From Stegostoma tigrinum (Eukaryota), in NCBI RefSeq assembly GCF_030684315.1, contig NC_081360.1, forward strand, positions 27,759,818 to 27,823,817: DNA of 64,000 nt, in the 5' to 3' direction. Of the stretch, positions 12,325 to 26,100 are shown one piece after another. The position numbers and the translations under genes are program-made. How positions within the stretch are numbered: position 1 is the stretch's first letter; every line of letters starts with the position of its first letter. The notes beneath the pieces were generated by a model that saw only the letters and a list, made by a program, of their open reading frames with translations, was not told the DNA's origin and did not search any database.

Positions 12325-14700
12325 TTCTCTTTAAGAAAATAGAGACGAATGGTCACATTCTGTGCTGCCAGATTCATTGATTCCATGTTTACCTTGTTTT
12401 TGAGTTTAAAGATGTCAGTTCTGGTAACCATGTTTGTGATCATGGCATAAATGTATCAGATTCTAGTTGATTCGTATCTCTTGAATTATGATTCCCCAAA
12501 GCTTTTCCTTCACTGCTTTCCTTTTGTAACTAGTGAAGAATCCAAGCTCCCGTCCCCATGTATGCACATTCTGAATCAAACTATCACTGCCTTTTTATTG
12601 TTTTGTTTTTATTCAAATCTCAAATCAGCTAATGTGTAACTAATAACAAAGCGGAAAAAAGTAGGTAACAAAAGGATATACTTGAGAGTATGGAACCAAA
12701 AGTGTATAATGACCTATGCTAATACATCATCATAGGGAGAAGCAATATTGTTCTCAAACAGATATTGAGACTGACATGTCTTCTGGACTTTGATGAATAA
12801 TTTGAAATGAAAACAAATTAACAGTTATGCACCAATACAAACTTACCTGCACAGTAATAATTTAAGCAACGCTCTCCAGATATGCATTTCTACGTATTAA
12901 CCAGTTTGGGAATGGGCCTGTCTAATTATACCAAACTTCTGCGAAAATTATACCAAACATATCCTTTTGAATGTGCAATGACACTGAGAACTGCAGAGGA
13001 AGCATGGTGTAAGGAAAACAATAGGCCCCAGGGTCCCGACTCAAAATGTCAGCTTTCCTGTTACTTTGATGCTGCCTGGCCTGCTGCTGTGTAGGGGTCT
13101 CTTTCCCTTACTCAGGCTGGTATCTGGGGTTCCCCAATTACTGTGGTGGTCTCTCTCCAGCAGGCTCTGAAACTTCAAAGACCCGGACTGCCACACTAGG
13201 GCAACTCCTCTGGAGAGGGCGCTGAACCGAACTCACTGTTTGTAGACTGACCAGGGAGTCGGAGCTTATCTCCACACAGTAATCGCGACCGCCACCAATG
13301 CCTGGGCGATTCCCTCTCTTGTTGGTGGGACAACAGCCACCTGGTACCTACCCACTCGGGCAGTACTCCCGAGAGAGAGAAAAAGAGAGTTCAAATTGCT
13401 TACCCTGGGCAGCAATCCCCCTTGAGTGGGCGTTTCGAATCGCCTGGATCACCCTCCGGTCCTTGACACTGAAATTATAGTCTGGGGTCTGCTGTGAACT
13501 CAGGCAAAATTGGTGTACCCAGAAGGAGCACAGGCGGACTCAAATATGAGTTCAAATTTACCAGTGAGCTTTATTACAGAAAAATTCAACTTGCCCAATC
13601 CGCACAATACCTCAATGAAACTTATACTCTATACTATGATATAAAATATAAGAAAATTGGAACAGACACAATGTAAATCTTTAACCTTACACAATTTACA
13701 GGGTACTTATGCCTTAAGAATCACACAACCACCCTCCCCCCCTTGCCTAACCAACTACCCCAGGGTACGAGAGTCCCTAGCCTGAAAAGGGTTCTTCCGG
13801 TCTCAGGGGGACTTGTTGCTTGTCTGGTGGGGGTCTCTCTCTGCCTCGGGTGTTGTTGTGGACTTCCGAAGTCTGAGGTCGCAGACAGGGTCGATGTCTT
13901 CAGCCCCAAGGGTTGGTGTCCAAAGGAGCAGCGAGCTCAGAGAGAGGAGAGTGAGAAAAGAAGAAGAGCAGCAAGGGCCCTGATAGCTGGCCCTGCTGCC
14001 CCTTTTACCCTTACGATTCCAAAGTGCTGGCCGGCTCCGCACCCCCCGCCCCCACCCCACCCCAGGTAATTCCATTTCACAAGCATCTCCGGTGATTGCT
14101 GGGGCCGGTGTAGTCTCATCATTCGTGGAAACAAAGGGGTCGATACTGTCCCAAATTTACTTAACTGAAATTTTGATGACTTCATGGAGCCTCCCAAACT
14201 GTTTTCAGATTAGAATAAATCGTTACCCCATTAACTAGATAGGCTCCATTGTTCACAGTTTCGGGCTCATTACCATTTCTATGCCTGTCCCTTGATAAGA
14301 CGTCTGGCAGGTGCTGGTTTGTTGGTCAAGTTGTCTCACACCTCTGTAGATCTCTGTCCCCAGATGCCTGCACAGACGTCAGGTTGACCAGTTCTTCACA
14401 AAAGGCCATTTTCTTTCAGTCTTTCCTTTTTAAAACTGGGGATTGCCCTGAAACTGCTATATCTAAGTCTACAACGTATTGTTGCCTGCTTTCATGCAAT
14501 TAAAAGGAAATGGAAGCAAAACACTACAATGATACCCTAAGTGCCTTTTGAATATTTTCTTTGCATTGACTGTATAAGTCATGAGTTACACAGTCTTTGT
14601 GGTGATTTTAAATCATTGTAAGACTATTTCCAACTTTCTTGAGGCTTCAGGCAATTTACAGCTTATGACCTCTGACAGCTTCCAATATTTCTGCTCTGAC
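12325..14700 (+). other. gene-less duplicate of the pseudogene-2 locus (upstream region fused to downstream flank)
   Basis: 12325-13028 and 14475-14618 align with 16800-17663; 14621-14698 aligns with 19676-19753; no exons in between. Confidence 0.85.
13090..14473 (-). mobile_element. solo-LTR-like insertion, 1384 bp
   Basis: Ends TGTAG...CTACA; interrupts the duplicated promoter region; GC-richer than flanks; AATAAA on the - strand at 13571; orientation is tentative. Confidence 0.6.
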
Positions 14701-15200
14701 TGAAATAACTCCACAGAGGATGGTTTCCCATCACCAAATCTCCCTTTATTTGCATGTGGAGAGTCCATTACACTGATCCTGCTCCCTTAATGCCAGCTCT
14801 CAGAGTGAGCAGAGCCTCTGACACACCAGTTTATGTCTGTCAGCCAGGGCTCCCTGATTGGACCAAGTTAACAACCCCAATCAGAGAGATCACATTTCAT
14901 GAGGTCTATCTGGCCGGCCTCATTGCAATCACTGCTTTGTTCCTGTCTGAAATGAGGAATCGGCCAGTTCTTTCTTTTTGCAGCTTCTTCTGAGGCGTTA
15001 CAGCATGGGGTTGGGTTCTTCTAACTCTGCCTCTGATATGTGCAGCATGTAATGCACAGTAGCTCACCTTTGCACCCGGACTATCTTGGATGAAATTTAT
15101 TCTATTCCTCAGGTGGCAAAGGCGTCAAAATGGCACGTCAATAGCAGGTCATGCTTGTGATTATAGTTTGTCAACATCTGAGAGGATGAAAACTGTTTCC
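14700..15200 (-). mobile_element. probable LTR-retrotransposon remnant (LTR plus internal 3' part)
   Basis: LTR-like segment with inverted CTGATTGG...CCAATCAG; lies on the other side of a CR1 insertion from a Gypsy pol fragment. Confidence 0.4.
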
Positions 15201-15224
15201 TCAATTCCCCGAAGACTAATAGAT

Positions 15225-16540
15225 TCAGAGTCAGAGAGATGCATAGCATGCAAACAGACCCTTCAGTCCAACTCCTCCATGCCGACTAGATATTCTACAT
15301 TAATCTAGTCCCATTTTTTCAGAATTTGTCCCATGCCCCTCTAAACTTTTCTTTTCCACACATCTATCCATGTGCCTTTTGTACCAGCTCCGCCGTCTCT
15401 CCAGAACTTCTTCTGGCAGTTCATTCCATACAAACACCACACTTGACTATTCACACTATCCATGGCCCCTCATGATTTTACAAACATCAATAAGGTCACC
15501 CCTCAGCTTCTGACGTGCCACAGAAAATAGCTCCAGTCTTTTCAGTCTCTCCCCATAGCTCAAACACTCGAACCCTGGCAAATCTTTTCCGAACCCTTTC
15601 ATGTTTCACAAAATCCTTCCTATAGCAGAAAGGCCAGAAATGAATGCAGTATTCCAAACATGGCCAAGCCAATGTCCTGCACAGATGCAACATGACCTCC
15701 CAACTCCTAACTCAATGTACTGACCAATAAAGGCAAATGTACCAAATGCCTTCTTCTTTACGCTGTCTACCTACAACTCCACCTCCAAGGAACTTTGAAT
15801 CTGTGTCCCAAGGATTCTTTTTTTGGCAACACTCCCCAGGACATTACCATTGTGTGTCTGCACCCTGCCCTGATTTGCCTTACTGAAACGCAGCACCTCA
15901 CATTTATCTAAATTAAACTCCATCTGCCACTCCTTGGCCCATTTGACCATTTCATTATAGTTGTACTCTGAGGTAACTTTCTTCACTGCCCGCTATGCCG
16001 CCAATTTTAGTTTCATCCGCAACTTACTAACCATACTTCCTATATTCACAACCAAATCATTTCTATAAATGACACATAGCAGTGGACCCAAGCACAACCC
16101 CTGTGGCATTCTGCTGATCACAGGTCTCCATTCCAAAAAGCAATCCTCCACCCCCACTCTATATCTCTTATCTCTGCACTAATTTGGTATTCAAATGGCT
16201 TGTTGTCTCTGGATTCCTTGTGATCTATCCTTGCTAACTAATCTACTACACAGAACCTTTTCAAACGCCTTATGGAAAGCCATATAAACAATGCCCACCT
16301 CACTGCCTTCAATAATCTTTTTTGCCACTTCTTCAAAAACTCGATAAAGTTAGTGAGACATGATTTCTCCTGCGCAAAGCTGTATTGAGTATTTCTAAAC
16401 AGTCCTTGCCTTTCCAAATGCATGTAAATCCTAACTCTCAGAATTCCCTCCATCAACTTACCCACACTGCTCTCATGCTCACCAGTCTATAAGTTCCTGG
16501 CTTTTCCTTACTACCTTTCTTAAATAATGGCACCACATTG
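15225..16540 (-). mobile_element. degenerate CR1 LINE ORF2 fragment
   Basis: GKLMEGILR..IY.HLE..., KSCLTNFIEF, WAKEWQMEFNLDKCEVL, LEYCIHFW on the reverse strand. Confidence 0.9.
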
Positions 16541-16544
16541 GATA

Positions 16545-16730
16545 GGGAATGTGAAAATTTCCAAGGCTGACACCTTTTTAAGAGTAGATGCAGGATGCCA
16601 GAATGGAAGCCAGGTGATGTATGAACTTTGTGTCATAGATCACCAACCCAAGGAAAGACCTAAGCTCTGATACAGCTGTGGAAGCCAGGCCACCATTGAT
16701 TACATGTGGAGGTAGTAGAAACTGCCGATC
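16545..16730 (-). mobile_element. Gypsy-type pol fragment
   Basis: VSELRSFLGLVIYDTKFIHHLASILA resembles the LRSFLGLVNYY.KFI.NLA motif following the RT core. Confidence 0.6.
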
Positions 16731-17779
16731 ACATGTGAAAAGTAAGAAAATTATAGGGCTATATGAAAAGTGCAAAGGAGTGCAACTACTTCTCGTCCTC
16801 TTTAAAAGAATAGCCAGTCATAATGGGGTGAATGGCCACATTCTGTGCTGCCAGATTCACTTATTCCATGTTTCCCTTTTCCTTAGACATGTCAATTCTG
16901 GTAATCAAATTTGTGATCATGGCATAAATGTATCAGATTTTAGTTGATCTACGTCTCTTGAATTAGGATTCCCCAAAGCGTTTCCTTCACTGCTTTCTTT
17001 TTGTAGTAACTAAAGAATCCCAAGCTCTTATCCCATGTCTGTACACTCTGAATGTACATCCTGAATTTAACTTTGATCAAAACACCACCACCTTTCTATT
17101 GTTTTCTTATTCAGATCTCACAGCAGCTAATGTATAATTTAGAAGTAAGTGGAAAATAATGGCTAACAAACAGATGTACATGACAGTATTGAACCAAAAG
17201 TATACATTGACACATGTTAATACAACATCGTAGCTATAGGTAGTATTGTTCTCATACAGAAGTGGAGAGTGAAAAATTCTGCTGGACTCCATTGAATAAT
17301 TTGGAATGAAAACATATTATCAGTTATAAATCAATACAAACTTATGGATTGAGTAATATTTTAGCAACAGTCTCCAGACATGCATGTTTGTGTGTTTACC
17401 AGTTTGGGAGTGGACCTATCCAATCATACTCAACATTTGGAAACATATTCTTTTTATTTGCAATGACACTGAGAACTGCGGTGGAAGCATGGTATAGGGA
17501 ACACAATAGGTTCCAAAGTATTGTTGCCTTCTTTCACACAACAATTACATTGAAATGGAAGCAAAACACTTTCAATAATATTTAAGTGTCTTTTAAATGT
17601 TTTCTTTGCATTTACTGTATACGTCATTTGTTATGCAGTCTTTATGTTGATCTCAAATCATTGCATTTATTTGAATAACAAAAAGAAAATGCTCAGTGAG
17701 TCATTTCTGCCTAGCAAATAAATACCAAGCTGTGTGAAGCAGTAACACATTCAGTTATGAAGCCAACTCTGAACACATA

Positions 17780-19333
17780 ATGGGAAATGCAAGAATTACT
17801 TTGCATTCATATACTGTATTAAGATTTTGCAAATAGATATTGCAGAGTTTGAGAAATTATGAATTTATAAATCTGTTTCTTTCCCACAGATCATCTTTTA
17901 TGAGAACAGGAACTTCGGAACTTCCAGGGTCGGCACTATGAGTGCAGCAGTGACTGTGCCGGCCTGACCCTTTACTTCAGCCGCTGTAACTCCATCCGTG
18001 TTGAGAGTGACTGGTGGGTGCTGTATGAGAAACCCAATTACATGGGATACCAGTATGTTCTGACCAGGGGAGAATATCCTGACCATCAGCGCTGGATGGG
18101 ATTTAAAAACAACATCTGGTCATATCAGACTTACCCATACATACGCTGTTTCTGATGGTTTGTATTTTTTGACCAAACTCACACTGAAAAAAAATTAATG
18201 CACTCAACATTTAGATTTGTGCAAATCATTGTAAAGGACATCTTTATTTTCACAGATAACAAGGTGCAGATCTGGATGAACACAGCAAGCCAAGCAGCAT
18301 TAGAGGAGGAAAATTTTCTGAAGAAGGGCCTAGGCCTGAAACGTTAGCCTTCCTGCTCCTCTGATGCTGCTTGGCCTGCTGTGTTCATCCAGCTCTACAC
18401 CTTGTTATCTCGGATTCTCCAGCATCTGTAGTTCCTACTGTCTCTTTATTTTCAGTTTTGATTTTAGCTTTCATCAGTAATGGTAACAAATAGGGGATTG
18501 CCACACAACCAATTTGATTTACCAATCCACTATGTTGTGTTTCTGTCACTACCAAAAGCTAGGAACTGCCCTTGACACCTTGTAACTGCACTTGAAATAT
18601 GGCTGGACTGTCAGCCAACAGTTGTGCGAACTGGGAAGTTAGTTGTATGTCATATACTGACAACCTGTCGCAAACCTGATGATCATCTGGGATAAAATTG
18701 AAACACTTACTAATTACGAATCAGCTATTCAGAACTGGAAGGCAATTTGGCATATTGATATTGCAGAAAGTAACAAGGTAAAATTGACTAAAATATGACT
18801 CATTACAATTTGTCGATAGACATGTTTGTATTCACCCCATTTATCTTACTGTAAATATTGAAAAGATTACAGAAATAGGAAAGCCGACCCAACATGGAAA
18901 AGCAGTCTCTTCACAACGGGAGCCAGAAATACTTGAAGATTTTTACTGATATCAATATACTTCTGTCCGTAAACACAAAATATTACCAATCCCACAAGAA
19001 TTGAATGTAGATATATTTGGAGCTGTACCTCAAATCTTTCATGTCTTTCTATTGCACTACCCAGGAGGATCTTACAGAATGAGGATTTACGAGAGGCCTG
19101 ACTTTGGAGGACAGATGATGGAATTCATTGATGACTGTCCTTCTGTCTACGATCATTTCCATTACCATGACATCCACTCCTGCCATGTGGTGGATGGTTA
19201 CTGGATCTTCTATAAACATCCAAACTACAGAGGGCAACAGTATTTCACGAGACCTGGTGAATACAGATGATATAGTGACTGGGGAGACTACAGCTCTACT
19301 CTAGGATCTATCAGGCACAAGAGGGATTTTTAG
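17780..19333 (+). pseudogene. gamma-crystallin pseudogene 2 (exons 17780-17788, 17890-18140, 19058-19333)
   Basis: 8-nt duplication GGAACTTC x2 (17909-17924) frameshifts exon 2; exon 2 donor is AT (18141); exon 3 acceptor is AC (19056-19057); premature TGA at 19268; TATA box degraded to AATAAA. Confidence 0.93.
18253..18442. mobile_element. Penelope-derived inverted-repeat element with hammerhead core (+, about 18318-18347) in intron 2 of pseudogene 2
   Basis: CTGAAGA-AGGG-CCTAGG-CCT-GAAAC-GTT; flanking direct repeat TCTTTATTTTCA at 18241 and 18443. Confidence 0.82.
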
Positions 19334-19774
19334 CCTGCAACTGTAACACCTGGCTTTATTTTGTTGAATCATTTGTCAATATAACACCCTCTATTACACT
19401 GCCCCCTTTCTAATTCACTCATAATTGTGTCCTCATTAAAATAGTTCAAAATAGTTCTGGCATATGGGGGTATCATGGAGAATATATTACCATAGTGAAC
19501 TCAGTGACAACATCCACATTAAAGTCAGTAATTAGAAAAGGAACAAATACCAGACTAAGGCAGAAGCATTGTGAATGACCTGCCAGCACCAGCCCCTGTT
19601 GATGTTTTTTTTAGAATTTCTGGAGTCAGTAAGAGAGAAACTGTACAAGACCCAAGCTGGACCTGCCTCAGTGATGATTATTTCCAACTTTCATGAGGCT
19701 TTTGAGACATTTTGCAGCTTACTGAGTCTAATGGCTTGCAAGGTTTCTGCTCTAAATTTAGGTGTGCTTCCATT

Positions 19775-20165
19775 CCCTCCACCACTGATGCTGAGTGGCA
19801 GCTGTGTGTGTTATGCACAAGACACACTTCAGAATTTCACCAATGATCCTCAGACTGCACCCTCCAAACCCTTAACTACTTTCATCCAGAAGGACAAGGG
19901 CAGCTGGCATTTGGGAACAGCACCATCTTCAAGCTCGCCTCCAAGACACTCATCCCTCTGACGTAGAAATATATCGGCATTCCTTCATTGTCACTGGGCC
20001 AAAATCCTAAAATTCCCTCCCCACTGGCATTGTGGGTCAACTCACAGCAGGTGGAGCGCAGAGGTTCAAGAAGGCAGCTCACCACCACCATCTCAAGGGC
20101 AACTAGGGATGGGCAATAAATGCTGGACAGCCAGTGATGCCCACATCCCAAAGAATAAATAAATT
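19775..20165 (+). mobile_element. 3' fragment of the LINE family seen at 8100-10190
   Basis: Reverse complement of about 8100-8480; ends AGGGATGGGCAATAAATGCTGG. Confidence 0.8.
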
Positions 20166-21639
20166 TTAAAAAAGAAGGAACTTGAATCATTCAACTTCCT
20201 CCATTCTTTGCTGCACAATGCCCGAGAAGGTCTTGGCAGAGTCCACGTAGGAATTCTAACTAAGCTCAGAATTTAGTCTCCCTTTGATTCAGAGATCTTT
20301 ATTCCACCTCCGTAGTCAGACCTCTGGTGAATCTAAAGAACTTTAATCCATGCCAATTGAATCAGTGCGACATTAACAATTTGATGTGGTGACTTCAAGA
20401 AAAAGCAGACTGAGAATGTATTTCACAATGAATAAGAAGTACTTGTCCTGAGATGGAACCTAAGGTGATCAATTATTTAGCATTCTAGTTTGCCTCAGAA
20501 ACATGAAACAAAATTGCACATTTCAATTAAAATTAAATGAAGGTTTATGAATAATTCTCCATTGGGCAGCAATAAGAATGCCTTGCCATTTTATCAAGTC
20601 TACAGTTGATGAAAACATCCAAAAGTCTCACGTAAGAGCCTTAAAAAATATTTCACATTCACCCATATAAAGAGATTTTAGAGCATATGACTGCAACGGT
20701 GCTCAAAGAGGTCAATTTTAGGGAATAGCTTAAATGAGAAATGAAGTGTGAAAGAAATTTTTGAAGCGAATTTTAGAGATGGATATTTGTGCTAGATGGC
20801 ATTCACAACCTGGAATAGTCTGAACGCCAGAGTTTGTTGAGTAAAGGCTGTAGGGCAAGAGAAGATTACTGAGATAAGGAAGAGTGAGGTTTTTGAAGAA
20901 TTTGAAAAGGAGGTTGAACATTTTAATAAAACCAAAGAACTGAGGATGCTGGAAATCTGAAACATAAACAAAAATTTCTTGAGAAACCCAGAAAGTCTGG
21001 CAGCATCTGTGGAGAGAAAAGCTGTGTTGACATTGCTGGTCCCCTGATCATTCATCAGAACTCAGCTTTTGGATACAGGGTGATGCATAATGGAACTTGG
21101 TTCTAGCTAAAATGTTGACGGCAAAACATTGGTTGACCTTTAATTTCCAGCTGCTGCAAAGTGGGAGGCCAGCCAGGTCTGTATTGTGATAGCCGAGTCT
21201 AGCGCTAACTAGGCTGAGGGTTTTATTAGGAGATAATAAAACTTACAGGATGGTTATTGAATCAAAGGAGGATATTCAGCCCATTGTAACAATACTGGCT
21301 TTCTATTAGCTCAACTCAGCAAGTTCAGGCCTCTCCTTTTCCTTATATTCAAGCAATATCATTTGATAGGGCTGCCCAGGGCTGAAGCAGCATTACATGG
21401 CTGAAAGTGGTTAGGAGTTGAAATAAAGTTGTTGAGGAAGATTTTTTAGCTGAAACAGCAGCTTGCACAGTTTGCTGTTTCAAGTCAAAACTATAAACTA
21501 CAGTAATTAAATGCCTCATAGAAGGGAAATATCCAGGGTCACAAAATTAAGATAGCAATCATAAGGTCTTTTGAAATGCATACGAAAGAGTCATGTGGGA
21601 CATAATGTGGAGGTGCCACTGTTGGGCTGGCATGGACTT

Positions 21640-21730
21640 TTCACCTGATGATGGAACAGTGCTTCGAAATCTTGTGATTTCAAATAAATCTGTTGAACTA
21701 TAACCTGGTGTCATGTGCCTTCTGACTCCT
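21640..21730 (+). mobile_element. Penelope terminal-repeat fragment, second family, with hammerhead-like core
   Basis: TCAC-CTGATGA-TGGA..TTC-GAAA-TCTT-GTGA followed by AAATAAA.CTGTTG.ACTATAA; homologous to the reverse strand of 55860-55940. Confidence 0.65.
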
Positions 21731-22094
21731 GTTGAATACGAAGAGAACATGCAACTGTTGCTCCGACAGAAACAATTTGATAAGCAACATCTTTGAGAAA
21801 TGTTGACAGAAGCCTCAGTACTCAACTGGTCCAAAGTCTGATGTTGATAAAGGGATTGAAGGGAAACGGGTCTGCCTCACATCAGTTAAAGCCCCCAGGT
21901 ATTTGTAGCCACAGGCTATATATAACATATCGAGTTTAAGCATATCGGCAAAGTTAACAAAATTAGCTGCATTCCTTTGAATATTTAGTCAAAGACAGAT
22001 AGAAGAAGCCTGTTGTTATTAGTGGGTGAGCACTGAATGACTGGTTGGATGTTCTGGCTACGGAGTGAGAGCATCAAAGTTTTATCAGATTGAC

Positions 22095-22300
22095 TCCTGT
22101 GATGGAAATACAAATGTACAAAGAGAGACTGGGTTTGCTAGGACTATGTACACTAGAGTTTAGAAAAAGGGTGTGGCATCTCATATATTGCTGCAAAATT
22201 CTAACAGGAGTAGACAGAATGCCCTTGATGACCAGGGAATCCAGAACCAGGGTTCACAGTCTGACCACACTGGGTTGGCCATTTAGGACTGAGAAGGAGT
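22095..22300 (+). mobile_element. decayed CR1 fragment
   Basis: YKERLGLLGLCTLEFRK...ESRTRVHSL. Confidence 0.65.
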
Positions 22301-23186
22301 CCTAAAATGGAGAGATTGAACAATCTCTACTCAAAGTAATGTAAGCAAGACACAAACCAATCAGATCTATTGTTGGGGTGGAGGCGTCTGGGACATGGGG
22401 GCAGTGGAAAGTGGAAAATGTAAGAAATTGAAGAACAGGAATCATGTCTTGACTACTTTCCTGTGAGTAGAGAGGACCCATTCCCTGCCTTTAATACCTT
22501 AATTAAGACGTATTGCGCATCCCTTTTTCTCTTTCACCACTAATTACAATGGCTTTGTCTTTTGCGTCAGGCCCCAAATACATCTGATCCCTTCATCCCC
22601 TCTCTGCTAATGACAAAGCATCTTTTTAAAAAAAATCCAATGCCTTTCTGTATTGGAGAAGAGCCAGATCCAATTGAAAATATTAGCACTCTGCTTTGCT
22701 CTACACAGACACTGCCAGACCTGCTGGGATGATCCAACTTCGTCTGTGTTAGTTTCAGATTTCTAACATCCACGGTATTTTGCTTTAATTATAAAGGATT
22801 CTGCTGGGTTGGATAATTATTTCAAGGAACTGAGCAGGCACAAAGAGGTGAATGGCCAGAATTGACACCAGAGGTTTCAATGATTCCAAATCAATTTCTC
22901 TTTCTGGGCTTATTGTCTCCTAGAACTGAATATCAAATATCTGTCAAACCTATGTTGGATTCCTGTTAATAAGAATCTATTGAAATGCATTTCTTAAAAT
23001 CCTTTTTCTTAAACTATTCAATATGGTGCTGGATCATGGTGACAGTGGAAAAGCTTTTCATTGCATTTTACTGCTTTTTCTCACTGTAAAATACGCATGC
23101 CAATAAAATCATACATTCAGTCATCTTTTCTCCTTCACTGATTTTCTTTTCATAACCACAAAAGAATCCAATCCCACTTCCCCTCT

Positions 23187-26100
23187 AAGATAACAAGGTG
23201 TAGAGCTGGATAAATACAGCAGGCCAAGCAGCATCTTAGGAGCACAAAAGCTGACGTTTCAGGTCTAGACCCACCATCAGAAAAGGGGGAGGGGAAGGGG
23301 GTTCTGAAATAAATAGGGAGAGAACTGGAGGCAGATCGAAGATGAATGAAGGAGAAGATAGATGGAGAGGAGACAAACAAGTCAAAGAAACGGGAAGGAG
23401 CCAGTAAAGGTGAGTGTAGGTGGAGAGGTAGGGAGGAGATAGGTCTGTCCAGGGAGGATGGACAGGTCAAGAGGGTGGGATTAAGTTAGTAGGTAGGAGA
23501 TGGGGGTGCAGCTTGAGGTGGGAGGAGGGGATAGGTGAGAGGAAGAACAGGTAAGGGAGGCGGGGACAAGCTGGGCTAGTTTTGGGATGTAATGGGGGAA
23601 GGGAGATTTTGATACCATTGGGCTGCTGTGTTCCTAAGCGGAATATGAGTTGCTGTTCCTGCAACCTTTGGGTGGCGTCATTGCCGCACTGCAGGAGGCC
23701 CAGGGTGGACGTGTCGTCTGAGGAATGGGAGGGGGAGGTGAAATGGTTCGCGACTGGGAGCTACAGTTGTTTAGGTGTTCTGCAAAGTAGTCCGCAAGCC
23801 TCCACCTGGTTTCCCCAATGTAGAGGAGACCACAACGGGTACAGCAGACACAGTATATCGCATTGGCAGATGTGCAGGTGAACATCTGCTTGATGTAGAA
23901 CGTCTTCTTGGGGCCTGGAATGGGGGTGAGGGAGGAGGCGTGGGGGCAGGTGCAGCACTTCCTGCGGTTGCAGGGGAAGGCGCCGGGTGTGGTGGGGCGA
24001 GAGGAGAGTGTGGAGCGGACGATAGAGTCACAGAGAGAGTGGTCCCTCCGGAAGGCAGACAAGGGTGGGATGGAAAAATGTCTTTGGTGGTGGGGTCAGA
24101 TTGTAGATGGCAGAAGTGTTGGAGGATGTTGCGTTGTATCCGGAGGTTGGTGGGGTGGTATGTGAGGATGAGGGGGATTCTCTTTTGGCGGTTATTGCGG
24201 TGAGGGGGTGAGAGGGATGAGTTGCGGGAAATGTGGGAGACACGATCGAGGGTGTCTTCGACCATTGTGGGGGAGATGTTGCAGTCCTTGAAAAATGAGG
24301 ACATCTGAGATGTGTGGGAGTGGAATGCCTCATCCTGGGAGCAGATGTGGCAGAGGCAAAGGAATTGGGAGTAGGGGATGGTATTTTTGCAGGAAGTTGG
24401 GTGGGAGGAGGTGTATTCTAGGTAGCTGTGGGAGTCGGTGGGCTTGAAATGAATATTGGTTTCTAGGTGGTTGCCTGAAATGGAGACGGAGAGGTCCAGG
24501 AAGGTGAGGGATGTGTTAGAGATAGTCCAGGTGAACTGAAGGTTGAGGTGGAAGATGTTGGTGAAGTGGATGAACTGTTTGAGTTCCTCGTGGGAGCATG
24601 AGGCGGCGCCAATACAGTCATCAATGTAATGGAGGAAGAGGTGGGGCTTGGGACCAGTGTAGGTGCGGAAGAGGGATTGTTCCACGTAACCTACAAAGAG
24701 GCAGGCACAGCTTGGGCCCATGCGGGTACCCTTGGCCACCCCCTTTGTCTGTAGGAAGTGGGAGGAATTGAAAGAGAAGTTGTTGAGGGTGAGGACAAGT
24801 TCTGCTGAGCGGATGAAGGTGTCGGTGGAGGGGGACTGGTTGGGCCTGCGGGACAGGAAGAAGTGGAGGGCCGTTAGGCCATCTGCATGAGGAATGCAGG
24901 TGTAGAGGGACTGGATGTCCATGGTGAAAATGAGGTGTTGGGGAATGGGGACATTGGAAGTTCTGGAGGAGGTGGAGGGTGTGGGTAGTGTCACGGACGT
25001 AGGTAGGGAGTTCTTGCACCAAGGGAGACAAAATGGAGTCGAGATAGGTGGAGATAAGTGGGGCAGGAGCAGGCTGAGACAATGGTTCGACCAGGGCAGT
25101 CAGGTTTGTGGATTTTGGGAAGGAGATAGAAGTGGGTGGTGTGAGGTTGGGGAACGATGAGGTTGGAGGCTGTGGGTGGGAGGTCACCTGAGGTGATGAG
25201 GTTGTGGATGGTTTGGGAGATGATGGTTTGGTGCTCGGGGGTGGGGTCCTGATCCAAGGAGCAGTAGGAGGAGGTGTCGGAGAGTTGGCGCCTGGCCTCA
25301 GCGATGTCGAGGTCAGTGCACCATACTACAACTGCGCCTCCCTTGTCCGCGGGTCTTATGGTTAGGCTGGGGATTGGAGCAGAGGGAGCGGAGGGCTGCA
25401 CGTTCTGCGGGGGGAGAGGTTGGAGTGGGTGAGAGGGGTGAGAAGTTGAGGCGATTGACATCTCAACGACATTTGGAGATGAAGAGGTCAAGCGAGGGTC
25501 GGAGGCCTTGGATTGATGTCCAGGTGGAGGAATTGTGTTGGGGGAGGGTGAAGGGGTCAGTAGAGGTGGGGTTTGGTCAAAGAAGTAGGCGTGGAAGTGC
25601 AGGTGGCGGAAAAATTGCTCGATCTCCAAACGTGACCAGTATTCCTTGGTGTGTGGGTGGAGGGGGACAAAAGTGAGCCCCTTATTGAGGACTGACTGTT
25701 CAGCCTCAGTAAGGGGGATATCGGCGGAGGGGGGGATGGTGAAGATTCAGCAGGGCTGTGTTCCTCTGGAGCTGCTGGCTGTGGAGGCTGTGGGCGGAGC
25801 AGTGTCGGTGTCAGCAGTGGTGGGCAGAATTGCGTCAGCAGTGGGCGGAATTGTGTCGGCGTTAGTGGTGGGCGGAGTTGCGACAGCGGTGGGCGGTGCA
25901 GGGTAGGCGGCGGCAGAAGCAGTGACTGTAGTGTCAGTGGTGTTGGCCTCGGAAATGGAGGCGACGGCTTCAGCAGCGATGGTGTTCACTGACCCGGAAG
26001 TGGTGTACCTCACAGTGGTGGATGTGACGTCATCTGTGGGTTCTCCCACAGTGGCCTCATGGCCAATGGCGGTGGGTACATTGTGGGGAATGTCCTGGAT

